From Octopus vulgaris (taxonomy: Eukaryota), in NCBI GenBank assembly GCA_951406725.2, contig OX597824.1, positions 86,986,001 to 87,050,000 on the forward strand: 64,000 bases of DNA. Reading direction: 5' to 3'. The translations under genes and the position numbers were made by a program. Shown here in pieces: positions 51,631-64,000 of this stretch. Each line of letters begins with the position of its first letter. Position 1 is the stretch's first letter. A model generated the notes under the pieces. It was not told the DNA's origin. It did no database searches and saw only the letters and a program-made list of their open reading frames with translations.

Positions 51631-52429
51631 TTCAAAGTATTAGCAATAACACTTGCATTACTCCAGGTTCCTATCGGTTTTTGTTTCCCACACAATATGA
51701 AAAAATAGGTGCAAGTATTGCTGTGGTTAAGAAGCTGGCTTTAGAACCATGTGGTTTCTGGTTCAATCCTACAATGTGGCACTTGGAGCAAGTGTTTCTG
51801 CTATAGCCCCAAGCCAACCAAAGCCTTGTGAGAGGATTTGGTAAATAGAAACTGTGTGGAAACCTGCTGTGCACCCTGCCCCTTAGTAATGGGGGCATTT
51901 TCTTTTTAGCTGTTCTTTTTCTGTCTTGCAAGTTTATGCAGCAATTTTGCCAGTGCTGATGGTACGAAAGAAAAAGGACCCTTTACACCCTATCTGTACA
52001 GTTTTGGCATTAGGAAGGGCATCCAGTTTTAGGGATCATGCCAATGCTGACACTGTAGCTCACCAGATCCTGTTAAACTGTCCAGCCCATACCAGCCTGG
52101 AAAATGGATGTCGAATGGTGATGACCATCATCATGATAATACATATATGGAATGTGGCCTAGTAGTTAGGGTGCTGCACTTATGATTGCCAGAGTGTAGT
52201 TTCAATTCCCAGACTAGGCAGTGTGTTGCGTTCTTGAGCAAAACGCTTCATTTCACTTTGTTCCAATCTGCTCAGCTGTAAATGAGTAAATCCCATGAAG
52301 GACTGGCACCCTATCCAGGGGAATGTTGTGATTTGGGTCATTGGCCCTATAAATCCTAGGACTTGAGAAAGTAATGTATAGAGGTTGTGAAGATTATCCC
52401 ACCGCCTTTGGTCTGGAAGGATAAGCAGG

Positions 52430-52718
52430 AGAATTCATCTATGAAGCAATTGCCCCAGCTCCCCTTCAGGTTTGGCGAAAGCTATATGGTGGACAACGAA
52501 AAACCTGGCTGATGACAGTCAAGGCTGGTCTGGAACCCAACCTAGGCCCCCATATCTACGGCATTCGCTGCTGGAATAAGGAGTGGTTGGAGATCACGCG
52601 GTCATTAGCCTCAAATCGCCAGGCCAGGTCGGCATTTGTGAGAGATGCAGCATTGAGGATGAATGAAGCCAGCTCAACCCACCCCGGGCGAATGTTGTCT
52701 CAAGACAAGACAAGACAG
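52430..52718 (+). mobile_element. Second RTE-like LINE 3' fragment, (CAAGA)n tail; minus-strand copy at about 34085-34375
   Basis: GGQRKTWLMTVKAGLE...WNKEWLEITRSLASNRQARSAFVRDA. Confidence 0.75.
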
Positions 52719-52739
52719 AGCTTATTTGTCTGGTAGCCT

Positions 52740-53000
52740 TAGGGAAAGAGGTTGTGTGGTGGACCAGATTGAAAGGCTTGGAGACAGATTCTTTCTTCTT
52801 TTGCCAAGACCTCATCAACATCTTCAAGTTTCACTTGAAAAGAAAAGTGAGGGTAAAGAACAGGAAGTGCAGCCTCCTAGTAATTTTGTTGAAGAGTCGG
52901 GTTCCAATATGGCAAAAATGGTCTGAGTGAACAGACCTACTCTGAGCATTCACTTGTAAATTGAAAGAGAATGATGTGGAGAGGGCACTTGCTCTAGTGA
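52740..53000 (-). mobile_element. Decayed CR1/L2-like LINE fragment
   Basis: HFCHIGTRLFNKITRRL...FK*NLK. Confidence 0.5.
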
Positions 53001-54225
53001 TCAGGGTAACTGTGGTTTTGTGGGGTTTCCATGAGCAGCCCTAGGATGTCTCTGTCTTTTGGGGAATTATTCATTGTTAGAATTTATTTTATCTCTTTTT
53101 TATACTTTTTATATACTTCTTTATGTAACACCACTTTATATAGACCAGTACCGTCCCAGACATTATTTTGTAAACCCTTAGAGGTAAATAAAGAAATTAT
53201 TATTATTATTATTACTATTACTATTATTATTATTATTATTATTATTATGATTATTATTATTATTACTATTATTATAATGGCAGTGAGCTGGCAGAATTGT
53301 TAAGACACAGGACGAAATGTTTGGCAGTATTTTGCCCATTGCTACGCTCTGAGTTCATATTCCGCTGGGGTCAACTCTGCCTTCCATCCTTTTGGGGGTC
53401 GATAAATTAAGTACCAGTTACATACCGAGGGTTGATCTAATCGACTAGCCCCACCCCTCCAACAAATTTCACGCCTTGTGCCTTTAGTAGAAAAGATTAT
53501 TATTATCGTTATTATTATTATTCTGACAACTTGCATATCTATTCTTTATACATTCTGACAGGGTTTAATGTGAATATGCTAAATGGTGCTGTGTTACATC
53601 AAAAGGAAAGAACTTCTCTTTTAAGACGAATAGGAGTTCATATCACACAGATTCATTAATAAAAGTGTTTCTGGGAAAGTCAGTGTTTCTCTTTAGCTAT
53701 AAACACCTGGACTAATGAATCTAAAATGAGCTAATGGCCTTGTTATTAATTTCAACGTGTTTATCATGCACATGACTATTATGGGTTGGTAGATATCAGT
53801 AGGAAGAGGCACGTGGCTTAGTGGTTAGGGTGTCAGCACCATGATCGTAAGATTGTGGTTTCGATTCCTAGACTGGGTGACGCATTGTGTTCTTGAGCAA
53901 AACACTTCATTTCACGTTGCTCCAGTCCACTCAGCTGGCAAAAATGAGTAACGCTGCGATGGACTGGCGCCCTGTCCAGCTGGGCAACACATACGCAACA
54001 GAAACCAGGAAACTGGGCCCATGAGCTTGGCTAGGCTTTAAAAGGGTGCATTTATTTATTTTATTTAGATATCAGCAGAGATCAGCAAACAGTTTGTCTG
54101 CTGAAATTATAAACAAAACCACTGGTTCTTGTTATACTTCTCTGCTTTGGGTTGATAAAACACGCCAAAACAGTAGTGTCTCAAAATCCCTTGTACTAAC
54201 GAACCAAGTGTGTTATAAACACATA

Positions 54226-54731
54226 TCTATATATATAAAACTCTAGTTGTGTGAGTGTCTGTCCCCTTCGATTTAGATTCCTAACTCCTCCCACATTTTG
54301 CGGTGCAGTTTAACCAAATTCGGGTATCTTATAGTCGTGATTCATATCGAGCCCGTCTGACTATTAGCGCGCGTCAACGATGAGTCTACGATTTTAAAAA
54401 TAATTTAACATCATTTTTTATTCCATTTTAATGCATAAAATGCATCGTGTGTCGATGGCGGCGGAGTTGGCGTCCACGCTCACAGCTGCACCTGTTTGCT
54501 TCTCCCCCTTCCCTCCCTCGTGAAGCTGTGGGGAAGGGAGTGTAAAGAAATCAACGTCGTAATGCGTTGTGAAGGAAACCAGCGTTCTTTTAGAACAACG
54601 ACTTCATGGCTTGAAGACACCAAAACAAAAATGGCTAAGAAAGCCCAAATTTATAAGGGAAGTAACTCTCTAAAAATGCTTATATAGTTATTTCCCTTAC
54701 AAACCTGAGCAACGCCGGGCGATACTGCTAG
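54226..54731 (+). mobile_element. Non-autonomous Helitron
   Basis: A|TCTATATATATAAA...GAGCAACGCCGGGCGATACTGCTAG|T; last about 70 bp shared with 22342-22716. Confidence 0.8.
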
Positions 54732-55542
54732 TTTATAATAAAGAAGCTATTCTCCTGCAACAAAACACAACATATTCATACTTGAATCTGCTGGAATGCT
54801 TTAAGAATAACTATGCATCATTTGTAATCTCACTGTTCACAATGCATACAACTATTTTTGGCGAGCAAGGATCAATGAATAAATTGTTTGCTGAAATTAT
54901 AAAGAAGAACATTGGCTCTTGTCAGATTCATTGGTTTGGGTGCCTCTCACTGATGAGACACAACATGTCGAAACACTGGTCTCTCAGAATCCCTTGTATT
55001 AATGAATTACCTGTGGTATTCACGCAAATACATCAGTAGCAGATGAAAATCATCCAGCAGCAGAAGTAAGAATAATAGACATGCATTTCTGCATTGTTGG
55101 GCTTTGTCAGTAGCATGTACTCACTGGCAATTGCATCATCATCATCATCATCATCATTGTTTAACGTCCGCTTTCCATGCTAGCGTAGGTCGGATGAATG
55201 ACTGAGGGCTGGCGAACTAGATGGCTGCACCAGGCTTCAATCTTGATCTGGCAGAGTTTCTACAGCTGGATGTCCTTCCTAACGCCAACCACTCCAAGAG
55301 TGTAGTGGGTGCTTTTATGTGCCACCGGCATGGGGTCAGTCAGGCGGTACTGGCAACGACCTAAATCCATCATCACTGTTGGAAAACAGTGATTGCCAAT
55401 TCACTGGCACTGCAATTAGCTGGTGACAAACACTACAGCTAAGTTGGCTTTCCATGATGTATTTGCATTAAGTATGATATATAGATAGCTATTTTAAGTA
55501 CTAAGTTATATTACACGAATAGCGAAAAATAAAACTCTAGAG

Positions 55543-55761
55543 CAGTGCTTTTCAAACTTTTTGCTGGAGCGGAACCCCAAGGAAACATTCCACTGGCTCG
55601 AGGAACCCCTGTGCAATAATTTAATAGTCTTATGCACACATATCTGCACAGGAGAATTAAAAATTACTGCCGATTTTAGCAGTTTTGTAACTTCTTGCGG
55701 AATCCCTGGACTGTACTGGCAGAACCGTAAGGTTCCACGGAACCCTGATTGAAAACCACTG
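55543..55761. mobile_element. hAT-type MITE
   Basis: TIRs CAGTG.TTTTCAA / TTGAAAACCACTG; perfect 8-bp TSD CTCTAGAG on both sides. Confidence 0.85.
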
Positions 55762-56192
55762 CTCTAGAGGTAAAACTAGCTCTGTAATATATTAGGAAAG
55801 CCTTGCTTCATAAGACCACCAGAAGTCATATTGGATTTGAAAGCTCCATTCCATAGCCACTTATTCTGTTATATTGATTATGTAGAATATTCTATCATGG
55901 TATAGCTCCCCCTTGCATTTATAAACAAACCTGTCAATGACCTCCACACCAGTAGCAAAGAAAAAGAACTCTAGAGGCAAAAACTACATCTGTGATATGT
56001 TAAGTATGCCTTACTGCACAGAGTCATCAGAAGTCATATTTGATTTGACAGCTCCATCTCACAGGCATGTATGCTGTGATATCAATTATGCAGAATACTC
56101 TGTTATAGTATTGCACCCTTGCATACGAGCAAAACTGTCAATGTCCTGCACATTAGAGGCTTGTGTTTGCTAAAGTAATTACAAATCTAATT

Positions 56193-56877
56193 ATAGGCGT
56201 AGGAGTGGCTGTGTGGTAGGGTGGCGAGCTGGCAGAGACGTTAGCATGCCAGGCAAAATGCTTAGCGGCATTTCGTCTGCCTCTACGTTCTGAGTTCAAA
56301 TTCCGCTGATGTCAACTTAGCCTTTCATCCTTTCGGGTCGATTAAATAAGTACCAGTTATGCACTGGGGTTGATGTAATCGACTTAATCCCTTTGTCTGT
56401 CCTTGTTTGTCCCCTCTGTGTTTAGCCTCTTGTGGGCAGTAAAGAAATAAGAATAGGCATAGGAGTGGCTGTGTAGTAAGTAGCTTGCTTACCAACCACA
56501 TGGTTCTGGGTTCAGTCCCACTGCATGGCACCTTGGGCAAGTGTCTTCTACTATAGCCTTGGGCCGACCAAAGCCTTGTGAGTGGATTTGGTAGACTGAA
56601 ACTAAAAGTAGCCCGTCGTATATATATATGTATGTATGTGTGTGTATATATGTTTATGTGTCTGTGTTTGTCCCCACCAACATTGCCTGACAACCGATGC
56701 TGGTGTGTTTACGTCCCCGTAACTTAGCGGTTCGGCAAAAGAGACTGATAGAATAAGTACCAGGTTTACAAAGAATAAGTCCTGGGGGTCGATTTGCTCG
56801 ACTAAAGGCGGTGCTCCAGCATGGCCGCAGTCAAATGACTGAAACAAGTAAAAGAGTTAAAGAGAGTAAAGAGAGAG
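56193..56877 (+). mobile_element. SINE family A with a family B SINE (about 56219-56452) inserted in its head
   Basis: 26-nt head segment duplicated at 56193-56218 and 56453-56478 around the family B copy. Confidence 0.88.
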
Positions 56878-57101
56878 TGTTGTTCTTGGAAACCCAACAA
56901 ATAGGTAAGTGTTTAGTCACAGCGCTTACCATTCTGAAGAACAATATAAATACTCAGCAACAGAAACACTTTAAAATGTGAGTTAAGTGGATGTTTTTTT
57001 CCTTATTATGAAGTTAGAAAAATGCTTTATGGCCAGGTTTAATTACGGTATGAGAAAATAGATATGGATTCTTTTACCATTTACTTATTTCAGTTATTGG
57101 G

Positions 57102-58609
57102 CTTTTCGTTACCACATTTATTTTGAGATGCTCTTTGCTTCTTCGAATTAATTTTAGATATAACAAAGAATTTAGTAAAATAACTTAGTTATCATTAAGC
57201 TAGTGTTAGGAACATAAATTGTGACTAAGGTCTGGTGGAAGATTTTAATTCTGAACTTTTGAAAACAAGACATTAGTACTACAGGGCCAGAGCCGGTTTC
57301 AGCCATTTGAGATGCTCTGTGTTTCTTTCAATTAATTTTAAATATTACAAAGAATTTAGTAAAATAACTTAGTTACCATTAAGCTTGTGTTAGGAACATA
57401 AATTGTGACTAAGGTTTGGTGGAAGATTTGAATTAAAAACTTATGAAAACAAGACATTAGTACTACAGGGCCAGAGCCGGTTTCAGCCATTTGAGATGCT
57501 CTGTGTTTCTTTCAATTAATTTTAAATATTACAAAGAATTTAGTAAAATAACTTAGTTACCATTAAGCTAGTGTTAGGAACATAAATTGTGACTAAGGTT
57601 TGGTGGAAGATTTGAATTAAAAACTTATGAAAACAAGACATTTGTACTACAGGGCCAGAGCCGGTTTCAGCCATTTGAGATGCTCTGTGTTTCTTTCAAT
57701 TAATTTTAAATATTACAAAGAATTTAGTAAAATAACTTAGTTACCATTAAGCTAGTGTTAGGAACATAAATTGTGACTAAGGTTTGGTGGAAGATTTGAA
57801 TTAAAAACTTATGAAAACAAGACATTAGTACTACAGGGCCAGAGCCGGTTTCAGCCATTTGAGATGCTCTGTGTTTCTTTCAATTAATTTTAATTACAAA
57901 GAATTTAGTAAAATAACTTAGTTACCATTAAGCTAGTGTTAGGAACATAAATTGTGACTAAGGTTTGGTGGAAGATTTGAATTAAAAACTTATGAAAACA
58001 AGACATTAGTACTACAGGGCCAGAGCCGGTTTCAGCCATTTGAGATGCTCTGTGTTTCTTTCAATTAATTTTAAATATTACAAAGAATTTAGTAAAATAA
58101 CTTAGTTACCATTAAGCTAGTGTTTGGAACATAAATTGTGACTAAGGTTTGGTGGAAGATTCTAATTCAAAACTTATGAAAACAAGACATTAGTACTACA
58201 GGGCCAGAGCCGGTTTCAGCCATTTGAGATGCTCTGTGTTTCTTTCAATTAATTTTAAATATTACAAAGAATTTAGTAAAATAACTTAGTTACCATTAAG
58301 CTAGTGTTAGGAACATTAATTGTGACTAAGGTTTGGTGGAAGATTTTAATTCAGAACTTATGAAAACAAGACATTTGTACTACAGAGCCAGAGCTGGTTT
58401 CAGCCATTTGAGATGCTCTGTGTTCTTTTCAATTACTTTAAATATAATAAAGAATTTAGTAAAATAACTTAGTTATCATTCAGCTAGTTTTAGGAACATA
58501 AATTGTGACTAAGGTTTGGTGGAAGATTTTAATTCAAAACTTATGAAAACAAGACATTTGTACTCAGAGCCAGAGCTGGTTTCAGCCGGCTTGGTAACGA
58601 AAGAGTTAA
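57102..58609 (-). repeat. Tandem array of 8 x about 184 bp, the amplified interior of the TTAA MITE
   Basis: Units start tttgagatgctct at about 57122, 57307, 57490, 57674, 57858, 58039, 58223 and 58407; ends ggtaacgaaagagTTAA. Confidence 0.9.
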
Positions 58610-58951
58610 GGGTTTAGTCGAACAAATCAACCCCAGTACTTCATTTTTTCGGGGGTTACTTATTCTATCAATATCTTTTGCCAAACCCCTAAACTACAGT
58701 AACATGAACATGCCAACACCAGTTGCCAAAGGGGTTGTGGGGGACAAACACAGCACAAACACAAAGATATTTCACACATGACAGGCTTCCATGCAGTTTC
58801 CACCTACCAAATTCATTCACAAGGCACTGGTCAACCTAGGACTATAGTAGAAGACACTTTGCTCAACATGCTATACAGTGGGCCTGAACTCAAAACCATG
58901 TGTCTGCAAAGCAAGCTTCTTAACAACATAGCCACAAATAATAATAATAAT

Positions 58952-59525
58952 AAATGCCCTGATGCAGTACCAGGCAGTGGTTCTCGTGGCTTCTGATCTT
59001 TACTGATTGGAAGTGTTATCATGTACATTGTTTTGTCTTGGTATAAAAGGTGGGCTACAGCAAATACTCTGCTCAATACCACAGATTTGCTTGTCAGTTG
59101 TTTGACCGTAACCAGTTGAGCATGTCCCTTAGTGGCTGATGATATGTGCATTTCTGATCACGAGCAGAAGTAGTGGGGGAGCATCATAGCCATGTGTTAA
59201 GAGGGATTGTTTGGGGTTTGAATAATTCACCTCTGGAAACATGGGTGTTTCGTTCAACATCCTTAAACAAACCTTATTCAGGGACCTTTTGAGCGGGATG
59301 GGCTACTCGACCAGAAGAAAATTCTAACTGGGCCCTACTTGCAAGGTCATGTGCTGTTTATCTTGATATGAGATCACCATGTCGCGCACATATGGTTGTG
59401 ATGCATGTGCCTAGTGTACCCTTATCAGACGGGTAGTCATGATGGGTATACTGAGCTTCGTATATTTTACCCCAGTGTCACTTTGATGGCATGCACTGCT
59501 CTCTCACTCAATAATAATAATAATA
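58952..59525 (+). mobile_element. Interspersed repeat inserted in (TAA)n; class uncertain
   Basis: Higher-GC block bounded on both sides by (AAT)n. Confidence 0.45.
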
Positions 59526-60058
59526 ACAACAAGAGCACAAATCCTCGCCAAGGCAACACCAACATCCTCCCAACGATTAGCCACAGAGGATTTTTAAAAT
59601 GAGAGTATCTAAAATAAACTTGAATGCTCTCACAAACAAGAATACTAAAAATGAACTCGACCACCCTATAAAATTAAGTAAAAAAACAGGAAAAAAAATC
59701 CAGAATCCTTGTCTGGAACTGGATCAATTCCAAAATCTAATCAGTTCATGCCAGTCACAAGACCAAACATCCCTGAAGGTTTCATCTGAATCCATCCAGA
59801 GGTTCTTGAGATATCTTGTCTATGGACAAACCAACAAACAAACACAACTGAAAACAATACCTCCACCTTAGCGAAGGCGGAGGTAATAATAATAATAATA
59901 ATAATAATTTCTTTTATTTGTTGCTAGGGCAAAGGATGAGGGTGACAATACAAAGACAGCTATAAAGTGTTGGGGTTTACATGAAACGAAAGGATAAAAA
60001 AATGAAAGTGTATGTAGTATACAACAGTAAAAGAAAAAGTAATGAAATATAAACTCAC

Positions 60059-60085
60059 CGTTGAAGTTAGGGTCACATCTGGTTT
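60059..60085 (-). CDS. 27-nt microexon candidate of the same gene (phase 1: xTRCDPNFN(A); alternatively phase 0: KPDVTLTST)
   Basis: Strong acceptor tttttttcttttatttcag| and donor ACG|gtgagt. Phase-1 reading joins the 49198 exon in frame. Confidence 0.65.
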
Positions 60086-60579
60086 CTGAAATAAAAGAAA
60101 AAAAGGAAATATGAAGAGAATCATTACAAATAAAAAAAAAAAAATATGTATTAAAGTATGGGTATGAATTCAAAAACTGTTTCTGAATAAAAGAAAAATT
60201 CTTAAAAAACAAGATATATACACTGAGTGGATTTGGTAGATGGAAATATATACTATGTACAAAATATGATAAATTTTTCAATCATAAAATTTATACAATA
60301 CTCGTATGCTTCTTTGCAACATAGATCGTGTTTTCACTATGACTTACAATGGTTAGACTCGAACAGAAAATAATCCAGCAATTCCCAATTGAATGGAAAT
60401 TTTGTTTACACTATAAAACACATATTCCTAGGTTTGCACCCACCCTTTGAGACCTAACTACACTCTAGCTGAAAAATATAGAATACCTCATAAGTAATAC
60501 AAATGTACTAAATTCAGTGGCGGCATTAATGAAGATGTTACACGTTAATTTAATGAGTTAAACTTATCTTTATTAATGT

Positions 60580-60960
60580 ATACTCTCTTTTACCTGTTTC
60601 AGTCATTTGACTGTGGCCATGCTGGAGCACCACCTTTAGTCGAGCAAATCGACTCCAGGACTTATTCTTTATAAGCCTAGTACTTATTCTATCAGTCTCT
60701 TTTGCTGAACTGCTAAGTTACGGGAACGTAAACACATGGTTGTCAAGCGATGTTGGGGGGACAAACACAGACACATAAACACACACACACATATATACCA
60801 CGGGCTTCTCTCAGTTTCCGTCTACCAAATCCACTCACAAGGCTTTGGTTGGCCTGAGGCTATAGTAGAAGACACTTGCCCAAGGTGCCACACAGTGAGA
60901 CTGAACCCGGAACCATGTGGTTGGTAAACAAGTTACTTACCACACAGCCACTCCTGCGCC
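60580..60960 (-). mobile_element. SINE family A
   Basis: Matches 279-656. Confidence 0.88.
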
Positions 60961-61403
60961 TTGAATTATACATAGATATATACAAGATTTACACAGATAT
61001 AAGATCCGCCTGAGGAACCTTTTCTTTGGAAATTTTTGTCTGCTATACTAAAACATTTTCCCATCCTTGAATTAAACTATATTATGGTAATATAAAAAGA
61101 AAGAGTACAGTGAAACTGCCATAAAAAGTGGAAAGTTCACGGTTCCAGGCAGGATCTTTCTTCAGGAAAATTTGACAAATGAGAAATTACAGAATGGTAG
61201 CAGAGTTTTACATTCTTGAGAGGATGTAAAACTCTTTCTGTGTCTCTATAATTTCACTCCTGAAGACTAACTTTGTCTGAAACATTGGATTTCCCATTCT
61301 CCAAGGCAAGTTCACTGAAATCTTTTCGTCCATTTTACTAAATAACACGAGCCTTGCTGAAGCAGACTACCACCAGTGTCTCTAAAATCAGTTTCATCAT
61401 ATC

Positions 61404-61632
61404 TTAACCCTTTAGCATTTAAACTGGCCATATCCGGCCAAAAATATTCTGCCTGTTTTATGTTCAAACTGGCCAGATCTGGTCTCTCACACCAGCCCCA
61501 CAATATTGTTTTAAAAATTAACAGCTACCTCATTAGAATCTCATAGCTACAAGATAATGCATGATTAGTTCAAAACAATGTGGATGAAAAAGCATTAATT
61601 TTGGCAGAATAATGCGAACACTAAAGGGTTAA
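61404..61632 (+). mobile_element. Second TTAA piggyBac-like MITE family
   Basis: TTAA-CCCTTTAG...CTAAAGGG-TTAA; a related minus-strand remnant at about 34000-34480 is split by the RTE fragment. Confidence 0.75.
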
Positions 61633-62257
61633 TGGTAATGACAGGTGGAGAGAGAAAGCTTAGCAAACCATTTAGTTTTTTTACTGTTTTACTCTTTTCT
61701 TTGCCGTGTGATCTTGTGGCTTGATGGTGAATAACTGGCAATGTTTATTAATGTGACATTAAACTTGATATGCCATTTTGGTTTGAAATGCTTTTGTCAG
61801 TGTGTGATAAAAAATGTTACTCCTGTTAGCTAAATATTGTTGGGTAATGTATAAATATTACTTATACCTCTTGACACTTAAATATCACTGCTTTATTCAA
61901 ACATTTCTTTCCAACACCTAAACATTACATGCTGATTCCTAGATGACATCTTGTATCGGGTACATTGAATGAACGAATAACATTATCAGAAAGCAACACA
62001 AATAAAATAAAATGATAATATCCACGAAATGTGGTTGGCAGAGAGGACACAATTTCAACCAATGAGCAGCTAAGGTGAACAGATGTGTGTACAACAGGAA
62101 GTCTTACAGCAGGGGAGAAAAATGTAACTCTATTGTCATTTCAGTGATTCAAAATTGACAAAAGGTCAAGGACAACTTGCAACAATTGTGCCTTGGGTAG
62201 AGCATTGCCTTGACAAGTCTTCAATGAACAAAGGTTAGAAACAGCAGCACAAATAAT

Positions 62258-62688
62258 ACTCTTTACTCTCTCTCTCTCTTTTATTCTTTTACTTGTTTCA
62301 GTCATTTGACTGTGGCCATGCTGGAGCACAGCCTTTAGTCGAGCAAATCCACCCCAGGACTTATTCTTTGTAAGCCTAGTACTTATTCTATTGGTTTCTT
62401 TTGCCAAACCGCTAAGATACAGAAATGTAAACACACCAGCATTGGTTGTCAAGCGATGTTTGGGGGACAAACACACACACAAACATATACACACACATAC
62501 AAACATATATATATATGTATATATACAACGGGCTTCTTTCAGTTTCTGTCTAGCAAATCCACTCACAAGGCTTTGGTTGGCTCGAGGTTATAGTAGAAGA
62601 CACTTGCCCAAGGTGCCATGCAGTGGGACTGAACCCAGAACCATGTGGTTGGTAAGCAAGCTACTTACCACACAGTAACTCCTACACC
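62258..62688 (-). mobile_element. SINE family A
   Basis: Matches 279-656. Confidence 0.88.
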
Positions 62689-63314
62689 TATGATATTTTA
62701 GAAGTTTTCTTCAGAGAATGAAATTACAACCAATGGATAGATATGATGAACAGATGTGCAAGACAAGAAGTTAAGTCAAACATTGGTAGTACAGTCTTAA
62801 ATATTATTGCCTGATCAACTTTGAACCTGTTATAAGTGACACAGTAGTTGTCACATTCTAACTTATTGGTAAGACAATTGAAATATTTTGTGTTTATGCG
62901 TCTGATCAAAGGAAATTACAAACATCAAATCCAGAGCATATAACATCATCGTCATAGTTTAATGTCCACCTTCCATGCTGGCATGGGTTGGATGGTTTGA
63001 TAGGAGCTGTCCAGGCAGAGGCCTGCACCAGACTTCTGTCTGTTTTGGCAGGGTATTTATGGCTGGATGCCCTTTGTAGCATCAACCACCCAGCAGAGTG
63101 GACTGAGTGCTTTTAATGTGACACAAGCACAGGCAAAGTCAGTTTTGGCAAGGTTTTTACAGCTGGGTGCCCTTCCAAATGCCAACCACTTTACAGTGTG
63201 GATTGGATGCTTTTTACATGGCATCCTCATTTATCATGGGTGTTTAGTTAAAAAAAAATACCGAAAACAACAAACTTATGCCCAACAGTAGCAAAGCTTC
63301 CAGCATCATAGATT

Positions 63315-63738
63315 TTATTTACATTTGACAGATATTTGTCCTCATCTTGTTTGTTGCTAACACTTTCGGCTGATATACCCTCCAGCCTTCATTGAGTATC
63401 CTGGGGGAATTTCAAACCTGGGTTCTCATTCCTAAGGTATTTTTCCGATATTATTATTATTATTATTATTATTATTACTCGGGTCACTGCCTGGAATCAA
63501 ACTGGGCCCAAGATTCCGAGATCGGTTCCAGGCAGTGGCCTGAATAATAATAATAATAATAATAATGATGATGATGATAATAACAATAACAACAACATCA
63601 GAAAAATACCTTAGGAATGAGAACTCAAGTTCGAAATTACCCCAGGACACCTGATGAAGGCTGGAGAGTACATCAGCTGAAATGTTGTGTTAACAACAAA
63701 CAAGATGAGGACAAATATCCATCAAATATAAATAATGC
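63315..63738. mobile_element. Penelope-like fold-back element (about 420 bp)
   Basis: Outer arms, (TAT)n/(ATA)n tracts and inner gtcactgcctggaa/ttccaggcagtggc are all inverted; hammerhead-like core in the arms. Confidence 0.6.
63647..63690 (+). ncRNA. Degenerate minimal hammerhead motif in a Penelope-like inverted repeat
   Basis: ACAC-CTGATGA-AGGCTG..CAGCT-GAAA-TG-TT-GTGT, with apparent CpG decay in stems II and III. Confidence 0.45.
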
Positions 63739-64000
63739 TGTTGACCAGGCCCTTATTGATCAATATGAGTATGTAAACCTATATAAAAAAAAATGTGGAT
63801 TCGCAGTATGGTTGTATAAACATGTGTGGTACTACCACTGTTTGCCAACCAGTGTTGGTTTGCTTACATCCCTGTAACTTAGCAGCTTGGCAAGAGACTG
63901 ACAAAATAGGAACGAACCAGGCTTTTTTAAAATAAGCACTGGTGCCAATTTGTTCAATTAATCCTTTCAGGATGGTGCCCCAGCATGGCAGTAGCCCAAC

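Noticed and set aside
53620-56140. Diverged direct repeats (about 54070-54215 vs 54860-55010; 55795-55940 vs 56005-56140)
   Set aside because: Old local duplications with no ORF or structure; ordinary.
57102-58609. CRISPR-like regular array (also 39336-39920)
   Set aside because: Units are contiguous with no unique spacers; eukaryotic context; no cas genes.
61000-61400. Possible coding exon or transposase relic on the minus strand
   Set aside because: The frames I read stop early; no convincing splice pair or recognisable motif.

Overview
Eukaryotic, AT-rich, repeat-dense genomic DNA. The SINE families point to an octopod cephalopod (Octopus sp.); this is recognition from memory, not a database result. 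Most of the window is intronic sequence of one minus-strand gene encoding a large acidic repeat protein with a LIMA1/XIRP2/LIMD2-type LIM domain. Supported exons are 60059-60085 (tentative), 49141-49198, 44517-45915 (six copies of a GIFESQP...LPExGTA+NLLxKF motif) and 12132-12277 (first half of the LIM). I also see a probable internal first exon ending in ATG|GTAAGT at about 18.7 kb, a chain of phase-compatible microexon candidates at 31-36.7 kb, and a CpG-rich promoter-like island at about 6 kb. The rest is tRNA-derived SINEs (CORE-, Meta-, V- and Nin-type domains), RTE/CR1/R4 LINE remnants, non-autonomous Helitrons and Helentrons, TTAA and hAT MITEs, Penelope-like fold-back elements with minimal hammerhead ribozyme motifs, and micro/minisatellites. 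Nearly all ORF-track ORFs other than 44493..45965 are spurious. Repeat boundaries are approximate (about 10-20 nt); splice coordinates were read by hand.
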